Assembly: GCA_965153455.1 (NCBI GenBank)
Contig: OZ234494.1
Location: 5,704,001 to 5,768,000, forward strand
DNA from: Sphagnum compactum
Taxonomy: Eukaryota
Direction of reading: 5' to 3'
DNA: 64,000 nucleotides
Positions 53,222-64,000 of this stretch are shown here, piece after piece. The notes below the pieces were generated by a model. That model did not search any database. It saw only the letters and a list, made by a program, of their open reading frames with translations, and had not been told where the DNA came from. Each line of letters starts with the position of its first letter. Position 1 is the first letter of the stretch. A program made the position numbers and the translations under genes.

Positions 53222-56200
53222 TTCTTTGTTCATGATTGTGAGCAGACAACATCTGAGTACTAGAGTCTGTAGGCAGGCTTGAGTTTCCGCTGTTTACCCC
53301 TGTCCATTTGTTGTCCCCAGTTCAGCAGAGGAGAACTCCTTGTTTTGTTGAATTTAAAAGTAGCTCAATTTTCCCAATATAAAGGTTAATAATGAAATAC
53401 CCTCAGTTTTACCTGTTGCATCCTCCTGAAAATCATGCCCCTCTCTCCTGTCCTTTCTGGTTAGGTCTACAGTCACAAGGCTATATTGGCAAAGAGCCTT
53501 ACAAGAGCACTTTAATATCTATCCCTCCTCCTCCTCTCCCAACTAAGTTGCAGCCTCAAGCTTCAGGTTATTCCGAGTCCTTGCCATGTCTTTAGATAGT
53601 ACTCTCATGCTTCCTGGTATTAAATTGGAAGTAATGGATGCTTTTGACTCGTTATCTTTTCAGAGAGGAGTAGTTGCCTTTGTACTTGCATTGAAGATTG
53701 TGATGTCACATTATCAACACAGAATATGAGGTGATATTACCTGATAACAGTACCCATATGTAGTTAGAAATATTCATCATCCTCATGTACAAGCTTTTTA
53801 CCCAATGCAAGCAGATTCCCATCAGTCCCTTTAACATGCAACTGTACAATTGCTAACAGTAAGTGAAATATCCCCCTTGTTTACTCATCTTATAGTGATC
53901 ACTGCTTTACGATATGTTGGACAGTTTTCTCAGGGTTTTGCTAAACTAAATTTAGAGTGAGCCCAGGATTGGCATGAAGTTCAGATAATTGGTTCCACTA
54001 CAAGTTTAGGTGAAAGTCACCGTTCTGCACAAGAAACCCAGAAACATCTGTGCCACTTTCTGGTGGCTTTTGTCATGAAGTCCTTGCAGCACTCTTGGAA
54101 TGGAATTACACGAGCACGATAAGTGCAAAGCTGCAATGGCCACTAAATAGTTGCTTCCAAGCAAAACAGGATTGATTTGGTTAGTTCTACTGTTTATAGT
54201 GCTTGCTGCAAAAAGTGGGCAAATGGTAAGGCAATTTAGATATTCTAAAATTATTGCTTTCACAACCTGCTGATCTTGTTACTCCACATCATTGCCATTA
54301 ATAGTTGGGGATGTTGTGACATTGTCATTTGTGATGGAGGGGATGGCTGGGATGATGAGTGAGTTCCCTAGTGGGTTGACTAATCTATAGAACTCAAGTG
54401 ACCTATTTAGTCATCTTTTGATTCGAGTATAATAATTGGAAATCATTTATATGAATTAGGTGTTGGGTTCATTGGTGGTCATCACTATAACTTTGGACAT
54501 CAATCACTTGACATTTTTGTAGAATAGAATGGAATGGAACAATGTCTTTGTGTTCTTTCATGTCTCAACTTCATGTAAGAATGAATTAGTGTCTCACATT
54601 TTAAGGACATTTGAAGAATTTGTCTTATCCTTGTCTTGGCGAAAATAAAGAAGATTTATTACATGTTATACATTGCATTATGTTATTAGTACTCTCTGAC
54701 AAAAAAATATTTATTTCAACATGACATGTCATTGACATGTGTTGTCTAATTAAGCGTCATGTGCATATATATTGACAAAGAATAGATGTCAATGCAAAAG
54801 GTGAGAATGGAAATATGCTTTTGTATTTAGCATGTTCAAACAACCATGATGGAGTCATCTTGTATTATGCATGATACTCAATCTCCTATTTACTTTTTTT
54901 TTGTTTCATAAATCATAGATGTATGAATTTGTATGATTTCTTGTAATTATGTAAATAATATGTGAGAATTATATGCACAAAGGACAAAAGGGAGCAAATG
55001 TGAAAGCATGTTTTGAGTTTGATAATATTTCCAATGAAAATTATGTGTTGAACACAACACAATAATGAAAGTCAACCATAGAATTAATATTAAAATTGTG
55101 TGGAAGTGTGTTTTTTTCAGATAAATTGTGATTTTTGATGGAGCATTTTTTGTCATGAGTTTTTTAAATTTTTGGACATGCACACATTTTCTTCTCTTTT
55201 TATTGCGGTTTGCACTTTTTAAAAGTGTTACATTACACATGATGCTCATCTCATTATGTAAAAAAAAGCAATTGAACAATTTAGTTAACCAAAAAAGGAA
55301 GGATATACTATTCTTCTCAATGTTTTTTTTTGGGGGTTAAAAATTTATTGTGCTATTTATTTTAATAATTTGATTATGATTTATGCATCACATCATTATA
55401 ATATAACACAATACATATGATAACAAACCATTTATACCTTTACAAAACATGTTTTCAATAACATGGGTATTTATTTTTCAAAAAAAAGAAAAGACATAAA
55501 CACTTTAAAATTTACACATTTGTCAAATTACTTAAGCAAGATCAAAATAAATAAAACAACTTGAAGGCACAATTTAATTAAAATAAAATTGATCAATGAT
55601 TGAAAAAGTATCCTTGTAAATAATATTATTTTTGAAATCCACATTTGACATTTTGTTGTTGCGTGAAATCGAATTTCAACAAAATTGAATAAGGATTTAT
55701 GGGGGTTTATAAAACATTATACATGCAAAACGCCATTTGATCATTATTACAAGATTGCATATAAACAAACTAAAATAACTTTATCCAATGACAAAGTTAA
55801 TGGGTACTAACAAATTTTTGGGATAATGACATGTTCCCTATGCCAAAATGTGGCATATATTACACATATTATCGTGTTTATGGTAATATAGGTCATTTAT
55901 TACTACAAGATTATAGTAAAATCGAATTCATGGTTTATGCCACTAATAATAATTTTGATCATAATAATTTTTGCCATTAGTGATGTGACTTTTATTATTA
56001 TAGTGAGAAAATGTAATTAAATAATAGGTATTTGTTGACTTATGAAAAATAACCACATGCTTAAACATAATCAAACCATGTTGACAACCTAGCTACCTAT
56101 TCATTAACATAATTTATGAACCTAGCCTAGGCTAAAACCCTAATTAACAACCTAGGTTAGTTTACAAAACTAGGCTCCCTAAACTACGTAACCTAAAAAT

Positions 56201-59200
56201 CTAAATTAAAAGCTTAAGTAGGTACATAGGTAATTAGGCAAGGTAGGTAGTTAAGCCTAATAGGTAGGTAATATAAAATCCTATTTATTTTTTTGGTCAC
56301 AAGCCTTTTTGATTGGCTCATCACAAGTGGTACTTCCACTTTGAATATATTTGATGCATATATTGTGTGTAGATTAATATTCCTTCATCTACTTATATGG
56401 TTTACAAAGTTGAACTTGTTGCAAAGGATATGGGACAAATTTAATGAAAGGGAAACATTACAACATTATCCCACATTATCTTTTGTTTCATACAAAAATA
56501 GTCAACTAAATAACCATTGTTATCTTTTTCATATTTTGTTCAAATGAAAAAATAGTAAATTTCATTTAAAAATATTTTCCAACATATACACATGTATACA
56601 ATTTTTTAAAAATAATATCAAGTGATTTGACTGAAAATGCAGTTCAATCTTCAATACCATACTCCCTAATTGGATTTGGCATCAAATTGCCCAATAATTA
56701 ATCAATTTTTAAATCTTAATTTCGGCATTTGGTTTTTTAATTCTGAAATTTTCAGCATGTAATGGTTATAAAAACTAATAAATGTAGTCTCTTCAAGATT
56801 ATGGGATAATTTAAGTCTATGGTTCAAACCTAATAGTTGAAATTTGTTGATTCTAAATTTTATTAGAATTTTGGCACAAAGAATAAATAAAATTTCAAAA
56901 ATTCAGCAAATGTATTATAATTTATGCCAAAATCATTAAGGTATTATGGTATTTCATACCTTTGAACAACAATGATGTCTTGAAGATTCTTTATTTTTTT
57001 TCATAATAGAATTTGTAAATAACCATATTTAAAATCACCATTAATTTTTTTTGGAATTTAAAAAATGTATATAATTAGATTTCAGATATCCACACCTTTT
57101 AAACATATAATGAATCAATAAAAGTTGTATAAATGTTATGTTATATATTTTATTTTAATTTAAAAGTAAAATATGTACATGATTGAACATATAATATTAT
57201 GTAAAAAAAATTTAAATGTTATATAAAGTATTAAAATTATGTAAATTTCACAATAATCTAGTTATACACATTAAAAAAAAATTGGCATAATTTTTACTGA
57301 AATTTATTATGAATAATGATTTTTCATTTTATTTTTAAAGGTTTTTTTAAGTCATTAAATGTGATTTAACATAAATTATAAAAAATTCCAAGTTGTATGA
57401 CTAAAAATATTTTGATAAATTAATAAATATGTTTTTCATAAAAACAAAATTTGGATCAAACTTTATATTATTGACTACCAATTATATGGAGACTTGCAAA
57501 ACAATGTGTTATCGAAATTTTTGTACGAGGTAATTCAACATAATAGGTTACAAAATATGAAAAGTGATAGGTCAACATGTTAGGTGACAAGTAGTTAAGC
57601 AACTAATAGATAACAAAGTTCAGGTAGTTGATAAGACAAGTAATCTGCAAAATAAATAGAAAAATAGGTTGTTAGTTTTTGAAAATTTTGGACTTCTAAT
57701 GTACATATTAACTAATGACTGTTTAAATGGTTAAAATCACACAATTTAATTTTTGAATTAACATGTGTATAAGTAGGAGAAAAAAGAAAAGCAGAGGATA
57801 TTTGATTTGATTTTTTGTTTTTCATTTCAAACTTGCAATGGAAAATAAAGCATTTTTATTTTCAATATTGTTTTTGTAATTTTGCAACTTGTGTACATTT
57901 GTGTACACTTGAGAATAGAAAGAATTCAAGAAACTTGATGAGAAAAATTATAAAAACCTGTTATTAGTTGGGGACCATGCAATGGATCAAAGTTCAATTT
58001 ATTTGCATTCAAATAAATCATCAAGTAGTAGAACATAACTGAAAGCACTCATTTACGAATTTTGGTTTGTATTATGTTTATAATTGTTTTTGTGTAAATT
58101 CCAAGATAATATTGTTATTTTTGTTCTATGTTGAAAAAAAAATAAGGAACATGTTTTAGTGTAGAGTTTTTGAAAGAAATCAAACATCTTATCTACAAAA
58201 ACAATTAACAACAATTTTTGAATGTTGGGCAAAGTTGATTTGATTTTATATTAAAAAATAATGTAAATATATTTTTAGAACATGTTGATTTCAAGAAATG
58301 TCAAGAATGGTTACAAAAAGTCTTAGAAAGTAGTTAGATTAGGTTATACATCAACCTATATTAGAACCTGCACAAATGGAAGACAAGTGATAAGTGTAAC
58401 CTATGGGAAATGAAATAATGAATCCACCAAACATGGATGCAACACAATGGGTAGAAATCAATGTAAAACCATGAGATTCGGCAACCTAATTACCATCAAG
58501 GAAAATGTTGCCAAGTAGAAATGAAATAAAAAGAAAAATGGAAAGACGTGAAAGTGAAACTTGTCTTCTATTTGCGTACTATCCTACACCTACTGTCATC
58601 TATAGATTTGAAAGAAGACCCACAGTCACCTACAAACCTCCTATGGCTTCTACCTATTGTCAATAACACCTATAAACCTTTTGTAATGTTCTCTATTGTC
58701 TGTAGTCCCATGTAAAACTTCTAGTTATGCTGCCTATCATTTACAAGAATGTTACTTTATCTGCAAACCTCAAATTTCAAGTCTACCTCCTTGCTATTGT
58801 TTTCCAATGGCAACTACCATCTTTTGGCAAAGTGTATTTCCTACTTTAGAGACTACCATAAAGAATAGATCGTATTTTTAATCCTAAGAAAAAATGTAGA
58901 ACTAATATATGAGTACAACAATACTCTATATAGTTGTAGTATGAACTTTTTTCTTGTTAAGGGCATAATTGTGTTGTCCCTATTGGATAGGCTCAATAGA
59001 GGTAGTATCAACATTTGACAGGGTGGACAAAGGTGTAGCAAGACAGTGCAAGCTAAGTGGATTAGGACTTATGAAGATTGATTCAAATTGAGGTTTTTGG
59101 TGAGAACTTGAGGAGGAATTTTAGAGAAGTTTTGTAAATGGCTAGATATTAGAATAGGAAAAGAATTATGATTAAGAGAAGAGGAAGTAGTTTTGAAAAA

Positions 59201-61689
59201 TGGAGACGCTCATGTTAAAATTAAAAAAACAATTTTGATGAAGAAGACACAAGGATACTATAGTACGATTTGTTTCATATTTTGTTGGTTTACCCAATAT
59301 GATATGGTCTATTTTTGAGATCATTGCAAAGGCCATAATTGTGCCGATATGTATTTTACAATGCATTTTTGGTTGAGTTTTATCTTTGATTTTTGTAGTT
59401 GTTATTAAATAAACTTTATACATTTGAAAATAATATGTTAAAGTATAGAATTATAGAATGAAACAATGTTAGAATATTAGTATTTACCATTTGGCAACCA
59501 CCCCTATGACTAAATTTGGGGTAGAAAATTCAAGTTTCTATGGGTTTTTTTTTGTGAAAAGCACAGAAAGGTTATTGTAAAAGATTTTGTTATTTTCTCT
59601 CTAGTTTTATAATTCAAAATTAGTTAAAAAATTGTTAGGAATTTGACCTGAGCAAAATAGTTGTTGTAAGGATTTAAATATGTGGCAAAAACATTTCTTC
59701 CAAACAAGAATGGTAGAATGGTGACAAAAATGAATTGCATGGTGACTCGAAGTTTGCATAGACAAATGAATCAAATTGCAATCCAACAAAATGAAAATGA
59801 AAATGTAGTGCAAGAAGAAATGATGTTATTAAATGATGTAGCACAATTTCACATTCCAAAAATAGTATAATATACCATGTCAAGAATACCCAAGATAGAA
59901 GAGTGGCTTATAAGGTACAAGACATCGTTTATAATAATTATGGAACCTCGGGAAACATTTACTGGTAGAGTGATGAGGTGACCCATTATCCAAGTGAGGT
60001 TGTCAACGAAAGTAGTACATTCGAAAATTGAACCAAAAGGATGGGGAGACAATGTAAACACGGTCACCCCTGCAAATTTGCAATGAAGGGTACAAGAAAG
60101 AATATAAAATGAGTATGTCATCCCAAAAAATGGTAATTCGTACAAGTCCGAGGAGATATCACATGTCCATGAAGAAGTACAAGAAGGGCTAAAGGTAAGA
60201 TACACAAACAAAGGTTTTGTTTAACAATCTGTTTCACCTTAATACCATCAACCCCATGAGGAGTGGGATGAAGACCTGGACAATGATGAAGTTGAATAAA
60301 CAATACCATGATATGCCGAAATTGCATTTCAAATAGAGGATTTAAAGGAGCAGGCTTTTGTAACTAAAGCAATTTACTAATCAAGGTTGGAAAACAAATA
60401 TGAGCACAACAAATCTCCACTAATAACAATAATCCATACTCGAATGAAGACAATAACCAATGCTAATGTCTTGTAAATTGATGAGTCCAGGGTCAAGCAA
60501 AGTCGACAAAATGTACTTCTACTTGGAGAATGGGTATGGAGTAAATCTAACCAAGGTGTAGATCAAGAACCTGGACCTACACTTGATTGCTGTAGTTTTT
60601 GCAAACAAGAGGGCCATGTTTTCATAAACTATCCTTTCATTGAGAAAAATGTTTGGGATGCAATGATCAATCATTTCCAAACTAGAATGCAAACGAAATG
60701 AAACTTGGAGGAAGAACATAATTCAATGATCATGTAGCAAAACTTTGCGATTTATTAATATAACCACAAAACTACAAAGAAACATATCACCTTACAGAAA
60801 AGGTGTGTTCAATACAGAAGACTCCTTCCAATGTTAGGTACCTCAAACCTTCAAACTACCCCATTCTATTTCAAAGAGAATTAAGATGATTACAACCCAT
60901 CCTACTTTGAATGGTGTAAGAAATATAGGCTTCAAAGGTACTAGATTTGTGCCTAGAGTAAACAACAAAAGAATGTCACACACTATAATTGAACATTATG
61001 TAGTGTATCATTTCATGATGGAATGGTTGATAGAATTACACAATTTCTTATAGCAACTAATAATGGCATGCATGGTCTAACCATAACAACATGGGTGTGG
61101 GTACACACAAAGGAGCCAATAGGATTATTTTACAAAAGGACTGTGAGTCCTTTTTAATCCTTTTTCATTTTTTCATATGAAAGAATTTTTGAATGAAATC
61201 TTTTGCAACTTGTTATTAAAAATACATATAGTTGCCCCAATAGATTGCATGTTTTGTGTTAATCATTGTTGAATGAATATGAAAATTTCAAAGTAGTTAG
61301 CATATTTTGGTATTGATTTAGTAGTAACTATATTATGTTACTACACTATCTTCAAAAAATCCAATATTTGTAAGGAACCAATGAATTTTTATAGTATTAG
61401 TTGATAATTGTATGTTGCACAATTTGGTATATATTAAACCTATTGTGACCACACAAGGAAATTATTCACATGGTCTTAGAGTAGTACCAACTAGTTTTGG
61501 ACTAAGGAGACTTGTAATAGTTGAACCTAATGTAGAGGTATTTGTATGTTTAACTACAAGATACCATCACATAATATAGTTACTACTAAATCAATACCAT
61601 CAAATCTAGGAGGCGACCCTTCAAAACCCCTAGGAGATAGTGTAGTAACATTTGTGCAACATGTAGTACTTTATTTTAGTTTTTTTAAG

Positions 61690-63620
61690 ACACCTCATAA
61701 ATTATCTCGAATATAAGAAAAACTCTAATCTAGATGCTCATGTAAGAGCATTCAAAGCCGTTATCAAAGTGAACAATGAATCAATAAATGAAGAAATAAC
61801 CAATTTTTTCAACTTTACGTTAAGAAAACAATGCATCAAATTGGTGTAATAATTGTATGCAAGATCATCCAAACTATAGATTTGCAAATTTATAATAGGT
61901 TTTTTGTAGACAATATTGGATTGTGTAAAATGATGAACATGTGTATATGTAATTAAAGAATCTAAAGTAGGAATCAATATAATGAATAAAGGTGTATTAT
62001 AAAAGATTATTAAAACTTGCCAATAGTCTATAAACCCCTACTATCAACAATTTTCTAACAATAATGTTTCGATTTAAACTACAATTTTATTTGCACATTG
62101 TTATTGTCACGACCCTAGTTTTAGGCTTGCGACCAAAGCAAGGCCTTGCAAAGGTGCGGGCCAAGAGTGAAGCCTGGAAGTCACATTTCATGCTCACATG
62201 AATGTAGGAGAATGTGAGGGAATGAGCCCACACACTCCCAAGTGGGCTCCCACTTTGGGAGTTAGAGTTTCGATTGACTTCCGAATCTTCAAGGAACATT
62301 TTCAAAGGCCAAAACTCATTTGATTGGAACGTTTCTTATACCATTGAAAAGACTTTAAAACATAAATGTCTAAAATGGGCTGACCCATTTGAGTACTTAA
62401 AACACAAGCTATGGCCAAAAGAAGGGCCGGGAATCAAATTGCCAATTTGACTCCCGACCATTAAAAGTCAGGAATCCCCCTGATTTACTTATGTACAGGT
62501 GGTGTGCCACATATCGTTAAGAAGCTTTCGACAATGGCTACAACTTTTCTTTGGACCTCATTTCAATTCGAAGTTTGCACAAGAAGTTATAGCCTTCCAA
62601 AGTGTCGAGAGTTCTAATTTCAGGAATTTTGGGATTCCCAACTTGGGAGTCCCGGGACAAAATGACATTTGGATGTAGCGCCCGTGGGTAATCACAGAGA
62701 ATATTATAAGGGGGGAGGTGGTGGCTGCCCCTAAGTTTAGGCCGTGGTGAGTCTTGTGAGTTCGTGTGCCTCCATGATTCGTCCGTGGACCAAAAGTGTT
62801 CTAACTATGCATTAACCAACTTGTTGTTTGGTTTGTGTAGGTTCGTATGAATAATTGACCTGCTTGTCACTCGTCCTAGTCCCCATCCCGAAGCTCCAAC
62901 ACACCCTTTTATTTTCGAAGTGTTGTGAGTTACGGAGCGTATCTCACTCCTTCTTCCATTATTTTCACCTTTGGACTCACATTTGAATCTTATGAGGAGT
63001 TTGGGGGTGCGTCAGTTATGGAAAGAATGAAGCAAAAAACTCTATAACATCACAAGGAATCTATATTGATGTGTGAAGAAGATATTTCTGTACCAAAAGC
63101 ACATAACTCATTATGTATACCACAGACTTCAAGAACAAGGATTTTAGCTATCAGAAATGAGATATTTGCTAAGCTGAATATGTATTGTACAAATTATCAT
63201 TGTATAAACCATAATGTGGAAACATGTAAAAAGAAAAAAGTGAACTTACTATAGCTACTGCTAAAACCATTGCATAGGTTGGTAAACTTCCAAGACCATT
63301 TTAAATTATCCTTTTCATATTTGTGGGAAAATGGGACACAAATCAACAAATTGTCTTAAGTTTAACAAAATGCAAACCATGTTCAAAGACAAAGGAGGTA
63401 AAATTATAAAAACCAAGCCTATATAATTAACATAAAAAAATTTACTGTTTTAATTAGATGTTCATGTGACCATTCAAAGTAAGGCTAGTGAAAAATATGT
63501 ATTCAAAGATCAAGAATCAAGAAAAAATAAAACTATAGTTGACTAGGAAGTAGAAGAAAAGTTGAAAAAGTCTATGGTGGACACCATACAACAGATGCAA
63601 GCAGCTAGTCCACCATTTGA
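61690..63620 (+). pseudogene. Decayed retrotransposon gag-like ORF with two zinc-knuckle remnants, interrupted by a solo LTR
   Basis: DAHVRAFKAVIKVN..FNFTLR..YYKRLLKLANSL..YLHIV|MERMKQKTL*HHKE. Knuckles CTNYHCINHNVETC and HICGKMGHKSTNC. A further CSFCKQEGH remnant lies near 60590. Confidence 0.7.
62105..63014. mobile_element. Solo LTR (910 bp) with a 5-bp TSD
   Basis: TGTCACG...GCGTCA termini. GTTAT at 62100-62104 and 63015-63019. GC content is higher than the flanks, and the gag frame resumes after it. Confidence 0.9.
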
Positions 63621-64000
63621 CATACTTACCACTATAGTAGGAGAATGCACTACTAGTTGGGTTAGGATGTTGGGTTCAGCAGAACCTAACGAACCAACAA
63701 TACCACAAGAAGTACTTTGTATAAATCTCCAAGCAAACTCATCTCTATTGAAGAGATTTTTTAGGATCATATTAGTAAACAAATGTTGGAAACCAGTTAT
63801 GCTATCACGACCACGAAAACAACCAAGTCTACATGATTTCATAAACCAAGACAAGAACAAAGGCATGTTTTATTACAAATCCAGATTGCGAAACAATAAA
63901 AACAAGAATAAGAACATGACATGTGCAAGACAAAAATCTAACATGATTTTATTACAAAAACAAAACAAGAACAGAATAAATTTATGACAGAAAAACATAC

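Noticed and set aside
54500-58000. Very AT-rich stretch with short ORFs
   Set aside because: No recognisable motifs, RNA genes or element termini.

Overview
AT-rich eukaryotic nuclear DNA from a land plant. A bryophyte such as Sphagnum is my guess from the repeat families and protein sequences, and I cannot verify it. Two intact spliced host genes are present: a 2-exon DUF538 gene (+, 23982-25238) and a 6-exon APC8/CDC23 gene (+, 49443-53221). The rest is mostly a nested transposon graveyard. It holds a 5'-truncated Ty3/Gypsy pol with a 3' LTR, and a Ty1/Copia element whose two ~99% identical LTRs are inverted relative to each other, apparently split by an ~8.3 kb inversion. There are two or three decayed copies of an intron-containing DDD transposase with Sola2-like motifs (DFxENY / SDGxxxQFK / GHGKxPxDG), a related-looking MITE, and a decayed CRE-like LINE with a restriction-like endonuclease. 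Smaller items are a hAT-type MITE with an 8-bp TSD, a small non-autonomous Helitron, a solo LTR inside a dead gag, and a mosaic of same-strand decayed exons at 1.4-7.9 kb that includes a GH3 fragment. The most interesting signals are the spliced Sola2-like family, whose shared intron has filled with different tandem repeats in each copy, and the inversion-split Copia. No prokaryotic-type system, CRISPR array or structural RNA gene is supported. All analysis was by eye with no database searches.
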